The position numbers and the translations under genes are program-made. From Spirochaetia bacterium (lineage in GTDB: Bacteria; Spirochaetota; Spirochaetia; CADAEX01): a DNA stretch of 64,000 bases. The DNA lies in contig CAXXHA010000003.1 of assembly GCA_963662265.2 (NCBI GenBank), positions 32,001 through 96,000 on the forward strand. Direction: 5' to 3'. Positions 51,663-62,886 of the stretch are shown here, piece after piece (the stretch's first letter is position 1; every line of letters starts with the position of its first letter). Under the pieces are notes generated by a model. It was not told the DNA's origin, made no database searches, and saw only the letters and a list, made by a program, of their open reading frames with translations.

Positions 51663-52748
51663 TTAACAGTATTTCCTTCTGAAGTTATTCATGAAATCTG
51701 CAAGCTTTTCCGCATCGGAAAGAGGAAGAGAATTATATGTAGATGCTCTCAAGCCTCCAACACTCTTATGCCCTTTTAAACCGATAAGATTTTCTGATCC
51801 GCTTTCTTCGAGGAATTTCGCTTCGAGAGAACTGTCCTTCATTGTAAAGACGATATTCATGAGCGACCTGTTTTTCTTTTCCACGGGGCAGTTGTAAAAT
51901 CCTTCGCTTGAGTCAATTGCATTGTAAATAAAATCAGCTTTCTTTTCATTGTTGAGTGCAGTCTGCTCAAGCCCGCCGTTTTTTTTCATCCTTTCAAGCA
52001 CAAGCTTCAGGGCCCAGATCGGAAAAACCGGAGGAGTATTGTAGAGTGAATTGTTTTTTGCGTGGGAGTTGTAGTTAAGATATGCAGGAAGATCTTCAGG
52101 TGATCTTTCAAGAAGATCATCTCTTACTATAGCGATGGTAACGCCTGAAGGTCCGAGGTTTTTCTGGGCTCCCGCATAAATCATGCCGAATTTTTCCACA
52201 TCCACCGGGCGGCTCAGGATATCGCTTGACATGTCGCAGATAAGCGGGATTCTTCCGGTTTCAGGCCAGTTTTTCCACTGTATTCCGCCAATTGTCTCAT
52301 TTGATGTTATATACAGGTATGATGAGTTATTTGAGAGTTCATTCTGAGATATTTCCGGAAGAGAAGTGTAATTATTCTCCGCTCCGTCATAGACAACATT
52401 TACCTTGCCTATTTTTACAGCATCATTATAAGCTTTCTTACTCCATGCACCTGTAACTGCAAAGTCGCAGATCCTGTTTTCAGTAAGGAAATTCATCGGA
52501 ATCATACCGAACTGCAGAGTCCCTCCCCCCTGGAGGAAAAGTACATGGTAGTTTGACGGTATATTGAAAAGTTCCCTGAAAAGTTCTATTGCAGAATTAT
52601 GGACATCATCATATGTTTTTGATCTGTGACTTGTCTCAATCAGCGACATTCCGGTATTGTTGAAATCCTTTATTTCTTCAGAAAGCTCCTTAAGTACATC
52701 CTCAGGAAGTACAGAAGGGCCTGCGTAAAAATTTGATACTCTGCTCAT
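51663..52748 (-). CDS. serC: Phosphoserine aminotransferase
   Basis: NFYAGPS, SHRS, NETIGG, DMSS, AGAQKNLGP, YNTPP, GHKSVGGLRAS. Confidence 0.96.
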   Translation of the reverse strand: MSRVSNFYAGPSVLPEDVLKELSEEIKDFNNTGMSLIETSHRSKTYDDVHNSAIELFRELFNIPSNYHVLFLQGGGTLQFGMIPMNFLTENRICDFAVTGAWSKKAYNDAVKIGKVNVVYDGAENNYTSLPEISQNELSNNSSYLYITSNETIGGIQWKNWPETGRIPLICDMSSDILSRPVDVEKFGMIYAGAQKNLGPSGVTIAIVRDDLLERSPEDLPAYLNYNSHAKNNSLYNTPPVFPIWALKLVLERMKKNGGLEQTALNNEKKADFIYNAIDSSEGFYNCPVEKKNRSLMNIVFTMKDSSLEAKFLEESGSENLIGLKGHKSVGGLRASTYNSLPLSDAEKLADFMNNFRRKYC

Positions 52749-53626
52749 TAGTTTTCTCCTTTGCTGAAAGATTTAAGAATATTGATTATTTCATTTTCAA
52801 TTCTTTCGAGGTTTTCTGTTGTTGATGCCCCGATATGCGGAGTCATGATAACTTTTTCAGTTCTGTAGAGAGGTGTGTTTTCAACAGGCGGTTCAGTTTC
52901 CCATACATCTGAAGCATAGTAGCTGATTTTTCCCTCTCCAAGTGCCTTGTTTATATCTTCTGAATTAACACATCCGCCTCTTGAGGTGTTGATAATAGCT
53001 GCACCCTCTTTCATGCAGTCAATAATTTTACTGTTTATGAGACCTTTGGTACTTGCTACAAGAGGTATGTGGAGAGAAATATAATCTGCATCTTTTACAG
53101 CAGATTCAAGGTCAGGCATAAGAAGAGCATACTCACCCGGATTGCCGTCTACTGTGTATGTCTTAACCTTCATTCCGAATGCATGGCATCTTTTTGCCAT
53201 CTCAAAACCAATATTTCCCATTCCCACGAGACATATTGTTTTTCCGTAGAGTTCTGTTCTCTTCAGTGATTTCTTGAGCCACTTTCCTTCACTCATGCTG
53301 TTGTGCGCATCAATAAGAAGAGACGGAATTGAAATAAGATGTGCAAAAGCAAGTTCAGCAACAGCAATAGATGATGCTTTGGGAGTGTTTTTTACTGTAA
53401 TTCCTTTTTCTTCAGCATATTTAAGATCTACATTGTCGAGTCCCACACCGCCTCTTACAATCAGTTTAAGGTTGGGATATCTGTCAATAAAATCCTTATC
53501 AGCCTTTGTCTTGCTTCTGAGCAGAACTGTTTCTGTCTTTTCTGAAAGCTGATCAGATATATATCCTGATTTCATTATCTTTGATTCAAGATTTTCTGAA
53601 AATTTATCTAAAATTGCTACATTCAT
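52748..53626 (-). CDS. serA: D-3-phosphoglycerate dehydrogenase (short form, no ACT domain)
   Basis: RGGVGLDNVD, AVAEL, GMGNIG, INTSRG, TPHIGAST; adjacent to serC. Confidence 0.85.
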   Translation of the reverse strand: MNVAILDKFSENLESKIMKSGYISDQLSEKTETVLLRSKTKADKDFIDRYPNLKLIVRGGVGLDNVDLKYAEEKGITVKNTPKASSIAVAELAFAHLISIPSLLIDAHNSMSEGKWLKKSLKRTELYGKTICLVGMGNIGFEMAKRCHAFGMKVKTYTVDGNPGEYALLMPDLESAVKDADYISLHIPLVASTKGLINSKIIDCMKEGAAIINTSRGGCVNSEDINKALGEGKISYYASDVWETEPPVENTPLYRTEKVIMTPHIGASTTENLERIENEIINILKSFSKGEN

Positions 53627-53662
53627 TGTGATCCTCTTTATGAATAGTATGGAATGAAAATG

Positions 53663-53691
53663 ATATTAGTGTAGAAATATTCAGATGTCAA
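53663..53691 (-). promoter_or_regulatory. sigma70 promoter of serA-serC
   Basis: Minus strand TTGACA-17-TAATAT. Confidence 0.65.
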
Positions 53692-53976
53692 TCAGTAAAA
53701 TGCATAAAGCGTTAAATAATAATACAAATATAGCAAAAAATGCATAAAAAGTTATTGCAAATGCATTAAATGCAATATGAAAAAGAGGCTTAATATAGAG
53801 GAAAACGGTGCTGTGAAAAACCGCCTGCATTTTTCCCTTCAGCTTCAGGATTTTTAAGAGAGCGCTTTTGAAATATGGACACGATGCGTATTGATGATAT
53901 AATCTGTTGATCGGCTGCTGAACTCATGCAGCAGATGATTATTTATTTGAGGTTAATTTATTCCTGCGAATTATAA

Positions 53977-55725
53977 ATGCAGGCTGCAGACCGTTTTATG
54001 AAAATAAAAAAAATAAAAATACGAATTGCTCTTTATTTCACTGCCGGGTTTCTTTTTATAATCCTAATGATTGCCGGTATTTCCACTTATATTTTTTCAA
54101 CCACACTCATGTCACAGCTCCGGAAGAATATCAAGCAGAATGTAAAGATGATTGATTTTGAGCTTGATTCAGGAGTAAACAGGGTTTATGAAATACAGCG
54201 GCAGATAGTAAACAACTCACGGCTTAATAACCTTATGAAAATAGTTGCAGAATATGACGGCGGTTCCGACAGCAGTGTTAAGGAGATTTCCTCGATAATG
54301 AGGGATTTTTCCTATAAAACCATATATACAAATTCAATTCTCATGTTTAACAAGAAAGGTGTTGTTCTTGATCCGTTTTATCATATTGAACCATACAGCA
54401 AAATAATAAGGGAGAATAATGATTTCAGATCTTTTCTCAAGTCTGAAAAATTCAAGCAGTTTTCACCTCCCTCCACATTCCCTATGAACAGCAGTTTCAT
54501 GAAGATCAACAGCAGGAAAAATATCACCTATTATGTTCAGTATCTGGATAACCGGAATTTCAGGAAACTAGGTTACCTTGCAATAAACATCAGAAATAAT
54601 TTTCTCTTTGGAAATATTGAAAAGCACTATTCCGGTATTTTTGATGAGATATTTATTTATGATAAACAGGGGAACACTATATTCTCGATGACTGACAGGT
54701 CTTTTTATCATTTCAGGGAGAGCAGTAAATATCTGGTTTATGAAAAAAGTGTTTCCGCATACCCCGAATGGAAAATAGCTGTTGCTATATCAACATCAAG
54801 CCTTTTCTCTGTGGTACAGAAGGTTCTTGTCAGTATTTATATTATTACAATTGTTGGAATAATAATGGCTATTCTAATCGGGTTTTATATCTCCAGCAGC
54901 GTTTCAACCCCTATTTATGAAATTAATTCTGCAATCAATAAATTTCAGATAACCAGTAAATGGCCTGAACCTCTTACATGCAGGACAGAAGACGAGATGA
55001 ATTACCTGATCAAGGGGATTAATGGCCTTTTTATAAGTATGCAGGAACTTGTTGATCAGATTTATGAGGAGCAGGAGGAGAAAAAAAGTGCGGAAGTAAA
55101 AGCTGTGGAGCTGCGGCTCCAGCTGCTTCAGTCTCAGATTAATCCCCATTTCATACATAACACGCTGAATGCTGTTGAGTGTATAGCGCTTGAACTGGGC
55201 GCCGATGATATATGCAGTATGATTAACTCGCTTAACCTTCTGTTCAGAAACAGTATGGCAATAGACCGGATTTATAATACTGTCGAAGAAGGTATCTGTG
55301 CTGTTGAGGCTTTTATAATAATAATGAAATTCCGTTACGGAGACAGCTTTGAATATAATATTTCTGTTGATGACAGTATAAAAGACTGTCTAGTCCCGAA
55401 ACTTCTTGTTCAGCCGCTTGTGGAAAATGCACTGTTTCACGGTTTGCAGCCTAAAGAGGGGCAGGGAAGACTTGATATAAAGGTGACAGAGTGCAGAGAC
55501 CTGATAAAAATAGAAGTGTCTGATAACGGGGTGGGAATGGATGTTGAAAACTATGAAGCCCTGCTTGGAAGATACAGGCGCGGTTTAACCAGTATAGGAA
55601 TAAACAACATAGTTGAGAGACTTAAATACTGTTATAATGATGACGGTAAAATAGATTTTCAGAGTAAAAAAGGGGAAGGCACAACCATAACAATGATGCT
55701 TCCCAGGAAACCTTTCAGAGAGTAA
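53977..55725 (+). CDS. YesM/LytS-type sensor histidine kinase
   Basis: Two TM segments, HAMP, LQSQINPHFIHNTL, QPLVENA..HG, DNGVG. Confidence 0.93.
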   Translation: MQAADRFMKIKKIKIRIALYFTAGFLFIILMIAGISTYIFSTTLMSQLRKNIKQNVKMIDFELDSGVNRVYEIQRQIVNNSRLNNLMKIVAEYDGGSDSSVKEISSIMRDFSYKTIYTNSILMFNKKGVVLDPFYHIEPYSKIIRENNDFRSFLKSEKFKQFSPPSTFPMNSSFMKINSRKNITYYVQYLDNRNFRKLGYLAINIRNNFLFGNIEKHYSGIFDEIFIYDKQGNTIFSMTDRSFYHFRESSKYLVYEKSVSAYPEWKIAVAISTSSLFSVVQKVLVSIYIITIVGIIMAILIGFYISSSVSTPIYEINSAINKFQITSKWPEPLTCRTEDEMNYLIKGINGLFISMQELVDQIYEEQEEKKSAEVKAVELRLQLLQSQINPHFIHNTLNAVECIALELGADDICSMINSLNLLFRNSMAIDRIYNTVEEGICAVEAFIIIMKFRYGDSFEYNISVDDSIKDCLVPKLLVQPLVENALFHGLQPKEGQGRLDIKVTECRDLIKIEVSDNGVGMDVENYEALLGRYRRGLTSIGINNIVERLKYCYNDDGKIDFQSKKGEGTTITMMLPRKPFRE

Positions 55726-55729
55726 TGAT

Positions 55730-57367
55730 GTGACTGACAGAAAATTTTCAGTTTTTGTAGTTGATGATGAACAGCCGGCAAGGAGAAAGATAGAGCTTCT
55801 TCTTGATCAGATTGACAGCCCTTTCAGCTACTCGGGATCTGCGAGAAATGGCAGGGAAGCTCTTGATGCATACAGGCAGTCAAAACCGGATCTTCTTCTT
55901 GTAGATATCCAGATGCCTGTCATGGACGGGCTCGAGTTTATCAGGGAAATACGGAAAATTGATGCTTCCCAGGCTGTAATCATTGTCAGCTGTCATGAAA
56001 GCTTCTCATATGCAAAAGAAGCAGTTAAGCTTGGTGTTATTGATTATCTGATAAAAGACCTTCTGACAAGGGATGAACTCTATACAGTTCTGATGAAGGC
56101 TGAGAATATACTTGACATCAGGCTTTCTGAAATAAATAAACAGTCAGATTTACCTGTTTCGGAGGATTCTCAACCTCAGAACAGGAAAAACAGGAAAAGA
56201 CACAGCTCTGAACTGCTTAAACTGATAACAGGCAACAGGGAAAACTGCAATACATGCAGCATGGATTCAGAACGCCTGAATAATTCAGAAGCAGTTTTTC
56301 ATAAACCGCCATATGCTGCCATCTGTCTCAGCATTGATGATTTCAGGAATATCTCTGCAGACAGGGTAAATGTAATAGATCTCATTGATAATATAATTTA
56401 TTCAGTACTTCAGGAAAACAGCTGGGGGGAATCTGCATACTGCCAGACAGGAATTTATGCAGCGGCAGTCAGTTTAAGTGAATTTGCGGATGAGGATGAT
56501 ATTATTAAAAACTGCAGTCATATACTGAACTGTATCCGCAGTGAACTTGAAAAGAAGACTGATATTACTGTTTCTGCCGGTGTTTCAGCTCTTTTTTACA
56601 GTATTGATGAACTACCAGACAATTATACAAGGGCATATGAACTTCTAAAATACAGAATTTTTCTCGGAGGGGGAAGAACAATTTTCAGTACTGTTCAGAT
56701 CGCAAAAATACCGTCACTAAAGACGGAAAAAATCGAAATCTGCCTGGAAAAGATAAAAAAACTTGCTTCAGAAAAACGTTTTCAGAAAGTTGTCTCGTCA
56801 ATCAGGGAGCTTTATAATACAGAACTTGAAGGGATACTCCAGTATAATTATATTCAGCATATTCACGCGAACCTTTTTTCAGTTATTATTGATATTTGCA
56901 AAAACAACAAAATCTCCTATGATGAAATTTTCGGAAAAAGCTATCTTCCCGTAGATATTCCTGAAAATTTTAATACTATCGACGAATCAAAAGAATGGTT
57001 TACCGGTGTTTTTGACAGGATTATTGAAATACGGAACAGCGGCAGGGAATGCTGGAGCAGTCATATAAACAAGGCAGTTTCTCTTATCGTCGAGAACCCT
57101 AAAATTACTCTACAGGAGCTTTCCGACAGGCTGTTTATCAACAAGTCATATCTTTCCAGGCTTTTTAAAAAAGAGACTGGCTGTACTGTACTCGAATATA
57201 CACTTAAAGTAAGGATAGACAAGGCAAAAAATCTTTTAAATGATCCATCGGCAAGGGTAAATGAAGTTGCTGAAAAGCTTGGATATGAATATACACAGCA
57301 GTTTACAAGTGACTTCAAGAAGTTTACAGGAATATCCCCGACTGAATACCGGAGTGAGATTCTCTGA
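55730..57367 (+). CDS. YesN-type response regulator (REC + AraC HTH)
   Basis: VDDE, DIQMPVMDG, YLSRLFKKETG, F.K.TGISP.EYR. Confidence 0.93.
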   Translation: MTDRKFSVFVVDDEQPARRKIELLLDQIDSPFSYSGSARNGREALDAYRQSKPDLLLVDIQMPVMDGLEFIREIRKIDASQAVIIVSCHESFSYAKEAVKLGVIDYLIKDLLTRDELYTVLMKAENILDIRLSEINKQSDLPVSEDSQPQNRKNRKRHSSELLKLITGNRENCNTCSMDSERLNNSEAVFHKPPYAAICLSIDDFRNISADRVNVIDLIDNIIYSVLQENSWGESAYCQTGIYAAAVSLSEFADEDDIIKNCSHILNCIRSELEKKTDITVSAGVSALFYSIDELPDNYTRAYELLKYRIFLGGGRTIFSTVQIAKIPSLKTEKIEICLEKIKKLASEKRFQKVVSSIRELYNTELEGILQYNYIQHIHANLFSVIIDICKNNKISYDEIFGKSYLPVDIPENFNTIDESKEWFTGVFDRIIEIRNSGRECWSSHINKAVSLIVENPKITLQELSDRLFINKSYLSRLFKKETGCTVLEYTLKVRIDKAKNLLNDPSARVNEVAEKLGYEYTQQFTSDFKKFTGISPTEYRSEIL

Positions 57368-57680
57368 TATTTTTACTGAATTTAGTCAATATCCAAGAAA
57401 TTTAAGTCATTATTCATTATTTGCTTCTGAAGATTTCCGTTTTATGATTTTTCATGTAAAAAGGGAAATGACTTGAGTTTGTGCTGTGTGTGCGTTTTCT
57501 GTCTTAAAGATTTCTGCTGTCTGTACAGCTGTAGTCTTTAGCTCTAATCTCTTTTTACCTGAATTTTATGCATGACTGAATTAACAGTTTTAAAAAACAG
57601 ATCCTGTTGATTCTGACATGTTAAATACATTTGAAGCAGTTTCCTTGACTGCTTCCTGTTATTCCAGAAGGGGGAATGAA

Positions 57681-58665
57681 ATGAAAAAACTTTTAACTGT
57701 TTTACTTATGCTGATGATCAGCGTTTGTCTTTTTGCAGGAGGATCTTCTGAAGCGAAATCAGAAGAGGAAAAAGGCGGTTCATATCTTATGGGTACTGGT
57801 AGTGCTACAGGTAACTACTATAACTTCGGAAGTGTTCTTGCACAGGTAGTAAACACACACACAAATACTAACCTTACTGTTACATCAACAGGCGGTTCAG
57901 TTGAAAATGCAAGACTTCTCGGAAGTGCTGAAAACGAATTTGCAATGATTCAGACTGATGTTACAAAACTATGCTTATACAGGAACTGAGCAGTTCAAAG
58001 GCAAACCTGTAAAAGGTTTCTCTGCAATTACTGCATGTTATCCAGAAATGGTTCAGATAGTTGTTTCAAAGAAAAGCGGAATTAAATCTGTACTTGATAT
58101 GAAAGGCAAGAGAATCTGTGTAGGTGCTGCAGGAAGCGGATACGAAGTAGCTGCACGATCAGTACTTGCTGCTCACGGCATGGATTATGATGATATTGAT
58201 GAAAGATTCCTTTCTGCATCTGAAGGTAAAAATGCGCTTCAGGATGGTCAGATTGATGCTTTTTTCATGTGTTCAGGATACCCTAACTCAAATGTTGTTG
58301 AACTCAGCCTCACAGGCAATATCGATGTAATCAGCATTGATGAAAAATACCTCAACATCATGCTTGAAAAATATCCTTTCTATGCACCTTTTACAACAAG
58401 CGATGACCAGTACAACGTAGGTCACAAAGTTACAAGTGCAGCTGTAATGGCAATTCTTGTTGCAAGAGATGATGTTCCAGAGGAAGAAATCTACAACATA
58501 ACAAAATCTATCTACGATAACCTTGATGAGCTTAAAAGCCTCAACAGCAAAGCTAACTACATGAGCCTTGACGGTGCTTTCAGAGGTATCGGCGGAAATG
58601 TACATTCAGGTGCTGCAAAATACTACAAAGAAGCTGGAATGGATGTTCCGGACAACGACTTATAG
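57681..58665 (+). CDS. TAXI family TRAP transporter solute-binding subunit (frameshift near 57965)
   Basis: TGSATGNYY, STGGSVEN, QTD, GAAGSG, HSGAAKYYKE. Confidence 0.92.
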
Positions 58666-58680
58666 GAATTAAATAAATAT

Positions 58681-58706
58681 TCTGCGGAAGATAATTCTTC
58701 CGCAGA
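58681..58706 (+). terminator. Hairpin after the TAXI SBP gene
   Basis: TCTGCGGAAGA-TAAT-TCTTCCGCAGA perfect 11-bp stem. Confidence 0.65.
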
Positions 58707-59069
58707 TTTCATCGAAAAAGACGGGATAAATTCCTAAGAGGACATTGTTTGTCTGAATTGCTTTCAGGCTGCAATTTCTTCAGGGTATTTCAGATTATTC
58801 TTTAAGGTGTGGATTCCTTCAGGATATTCCTAAAGGTTAACCCGTCATACAGTCCATATCTTACAAACCAATTATACACAGCTGCCTGTTATTTACCTGC
58901 TCCTGCAGACCTGATTAAACCTCAGGATAATAAAGGTATGTCTTAAGGGATTTCATGAAACGGATATTATCCGTGCTGAAAGAGCTTTTATGAGGATATC
59001 CTTCTGTACAGCTTGTCTTTCAGGATCATGTTATCGTGTGTAGGTTGATTAAACAGGAGATAAATCCCA

Positions 59070-61020
59070 ATGGGTTTAAATATATTTGCTAAATATAATA
59101 GAACTATTACGGAAGATATCGATTTAACATCAATTGACAGGGAATCAAAATTCAAGAATTTTGTCGGAAATCAGAAAATTATTCTAACAGTTATTCTTTC
59201 GTTTTTTGCCTGTTTTCAGCTATATGCATCTATTACAAACAGCTTTCCGCAGCAGATTGTAAGATATTCACATCTGGGATTTGCGATAAGTCTTGCATAT
59301 GTTATGTATCCTGCTACAAAAAAAACAGACAGGAACAAACACAGCATTTTTGATCTTTGTATAGCTGTAGGTATTTGCATCAGTGATCGGATATTTTCTT
59401 TTTAATTATGAGGCGCTTCAGTTCAGGGCTGGGGCATACACCAAAGTTGATGTTGTTATGGCGGCGCTGGGAGTATTTCTTGTACTCACTGCTTGCTGGA
59501 GAGTTGTAGGGCCTCCGATTGTAATAATTGCTTCAGCATTTATTCTTTACGGGTTTGTAGGTAAATACCTTCCCGGCTTCCTACATCACAGGGGATATTC
59601 CCCGCAGCGGATTATAACTCACCTTTTTCTTACAACAGAAGGGGTAATCGGTAATCCTCTCGGAGTATGTTCAACATTTATATTCCTTTTCATCTTTTTC
59701 GGAGCATGTCTCGAAAAAACAGGAATCGGACAGTTTTTCATCGATGCTGCAACAAGCGCGGCAGGATGGGCATCAGGGGGACCTGCAAAGGTCTCAGTTC
59801 TTTCATCAGCACTTACCGGAACAATAAGCGGATCATCTGTATCAAATACAGTAAGTACAGGAAGCTTTACTATCCCGATGATGAAGAAACTCGGATACAA
59901 GGGTGAGTTTGCAGCAGCAGTAGAAGCGGCAAGCATCTACAGGTGGACAGATCATGCCTCCTGTAATGGGTTCAGCAGCATTCCTTATCAGTGATGCAGT
60001 AGGAATCCCGTATTCCCAGCTGATGAAACATACAATTGTTCCGGCACTTCTGTATTTCACAGGTATCTGGGTAATGGTTCATCTTGAAGCAAAAAGAAGG
60101 CGGTCTCAAAGGTCTCCCGAAAGAGCAGCTTGCTCCGCTCTGGCCTTTATTACGGGCAAAAGGACATCTTGTATTACCTCTTGTAGCTATTATCTATTTT
60201 ATGCTGAGCGGTTTTACAATTACTAGAAGTGCTCTATGGGGAATCATGATTGCTGTTCTTATTCCATTCTTAAAGAAAGATACGAGAGTACCGGTAAAAC
60301 AGATTATATCAGCATTACCAGCCGCAGCCAGAGGAATTGTCAGTGTAGCAACAGCATGTGCTACAGCCGGTATTATTGTGGGCTATGGTAACTCTTACAG
60401 GTCTTGGTCAGAGAATCGGTGCCGGTATGTTTGATGTGGTAGGGGGAAGCCTTATACTGGGTCTGATGTGTGCCATGATGACATCTCTTATTCTCGGAAT
60501 GGGTGTATCAACAACTTCAAACTACATTATTACAAGTACTGTAGCAGCCCCGATACTTATAAAGATGGGTATTCCTCTTCTTGCAAGTCATCTGTTTTGC
60601 TTCTACTTCGGTATTATTGCAGATATTACACCGCCTGTTGCTCTTGCAGCTTATGCAGGTTCTGCTATTGCAAAGAGTAATCCGTTTAAAACCGGGGTAA
60701 ATGCCGCCAAGATTGCAATAGGTGCTTTCATAATTCCGTACATGTTTGCAATATCGCCAAAAATGATTCTTATTGGCGGTACTTTTATGGAAGCTCTTCC
60801 AATGATTATAACTGCAATTATCGGGATGATAGGTATAAGCGGTAGTTTTATCGGCCACCTGTTCGGACCGATAAAAGGGTGGTGGAGACTGATCCTTTTT
60901 GCAAGCGGATTCATGCTTGTAATTCCGGGTTTAGCAACTGATATTGCCGGTTCTCTTCAGATTGCTTTTGTAATTATCCTTCACAGATTTTTTCTTAATA
61001 AGGAAAAAGTGATAAGTTAA
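59070..61020 (+). CDS. TRAP transporter 4TM/12TM fused permease (several frameshifts)
   Basis: GGPAKV, GTISGSSVSN, AAVEAAS, MPPVMG, ILGMG, DITPPVALAAYAG across four ORFs. Confidence 0.92.
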
Positions 61021-61026
61021 ATATTT

Positions 61027-61054
61027 AAAGGCAGGTTTTTATCCTGCCTTTTTT
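61027..61054 (+). terminator. Intrinsic terminator after the TRAP permease
   Basis: AAAGGCAGG...CCTGCCTTTTTT. Confidence 0.85.
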
Positions 61055-61252
61055 ATTATATCTAATTTATAATTAAAAAAGTGATTTAAAAATTCAGATA
61101 AAAACCGGGAAAGTCTTGAAAATATCACATCAGGAATTGTCAAATTTGTTGTCTGGAATATCATATAGAATAATTCAGGCCGGAACTTAATAATAGGCCT
61201 TATTAATGATAATATTGGAATGAATATTATTTATCAGGATAAGATAAGCAGA

Positions 61253-62562
61253 ATGAATAAAAACTGGATTATAATAATTGTTTTTCTGATTTTGAACTCA
61301 GCATGCAGCCCGGTAAAAAAAGAACCGGCTGAAATCAAGAATCCTGTTGAAATCGAATTCTGGTACGGGCTTGAAGGAATGAGCGGCAAGGCTGTTGAAG
61401 ATATTGCAGCAGCATTTAACTCTTCACAGGATGACTATTATGTCAAAGCTGTTCAGCAGGGAAATTATACAGAGACCTCCCGTGCGCTTCACGCAGCAAT
61501 TATCAGCAATACAGAACCGGCATGCCTTCTTCTAAGCCATGATCACAGTACATCGCTGTATTTAAGGGGAGCTCTTATTCCGCTCAACGGTCTGATGAAT
61601 CAGACCTCCGGAATTCAATAAGGATGATATATTTCCCATATTTCTTGAGTCGTTTGAAAAAGACGGGCCTTTACTATGGAATACCTGCAATAGGTTCAAC
61701 ACCTGTACTCTATTACAGAAAAGATCTGTTCCGCGAAGCAGGACTTTCTGTAATTGATCTGCAGTCCTGGGAAGGAATTATAAAAGCAGCTGAAAAACTT
61801 ACAAAGAGAGAGAACGGGAAAACTCTTGTATACGGCTGGGAACCGCTTCAGTCCAGTAGAACTCTGATTGAGGCAGCTGTGAGTAATGGGGGAAGATTTC
61901 TCTCTGATGACGGGAAGACAGTTCTTATTGATTCAGATGAATGGGTTGAAGCCTGGGAACTTATCAGAAGTGCTATATTTGATAAAAAAATCATGAAAGT
62001 TAATTACGGCGGTCAGGGCTGGGAATATCTTTATGCAACAATGGATGATGTAATGGAGGGGCGAGCAGCCGGTTATTTCGGATCAAGCGGGGATCTCAGT
62101 TATCTTGACAGTGATATTATCGCTGCTCAGATTATGCCTGGATGGGGAGGCTTTGCGGGAAAACCGGAAGCCTCTGCAAGCGCTCTGTGTATACCCAGAA
62201 AAATTTCTATTGAAAAGAAGAGGGGCGCTTTTGAGTTTATATCATTTTTCATCAATACCAGGAATACTGTTGATTTTTCAATAAAGACAGGCTACATACC
62301 GGTCAGAAAGTCGGCAATAAGGACTCCTGAATTTCACAAATTCATGAGAGAAAAAACCAGTATTGTTATATCTCTGAACCAGCTTGATATTGCAGTTCCT
62401 CCGTTCTATGATCCTACAGGCGGCGAAATAAACAACGCGCTTGAAGAGGCGGCTGCTCTTCTTGAAATAGAGAATATAAGTGCTGAAGAAGTTCTTAAAG
62501 ATGCTGCTGTAAAAGCCCAGGCAGCCCTTGACCGTTATCATGAAGAGCAGGGCAGGGATTAA
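61253..62562 (+). CDS. Extracellular solute-binding lipoprotein, UgpB-like (frameshifts near 61620)
   Basis: Lipobox NSAC, IEFWYGL, QGNY, LYYRKDLF, TGYIPVRKSA; no permease genes adjacent. Confidence 0.85.
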
Positions 62563-62642
62563 TAGCCTTAATTCATTTTATATATCATTGAACTGAAAAA
62601 CTGTTTGCCTGATATTAAATAATAAATCTAAGATCTATAAAA

Positions 62643-62854
62643 TCATTTTATATTTTCAATTGCAAGGTCTATTCCGAGCTGTTCCTCTCTGTAACATGCC
62701 TTGAGATAACCTTCCAGAAATTTCTTCTCTATATCAACAGAATCTGATTTTTTTCATAATGCAGATTCAGAAGCCTGCATCCTGTTTCTGCTGCTCCTTC
62801 AATTGAAAAAAGCAGTGATTTTTCCTGAAGATCATAATTCTCTTCATCACGCAT
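62643..62854 (-). CDS. Possible small hypothetical protein (about 70 aa, requires one shift in an A-run)
   Basis: MRDEENYDLQEKSLLFSIEGAAETGCRLL... continues ...IEKKFLEGYLKACYREEQLGIDLAIENIK* if the A-run gains one base. Confidence 0.35.
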
Positions 62855-62886
62855 ATCTATTCCGTATCCTATATGTGCAGAATAAG

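Noticed and set aside
58707-59069. DUF1850-type accessory gene expected between the TAXI SBP and permease
   Set aside because: No ORF or recognisable motif found in the plus-strand frames; treated as non-coding.
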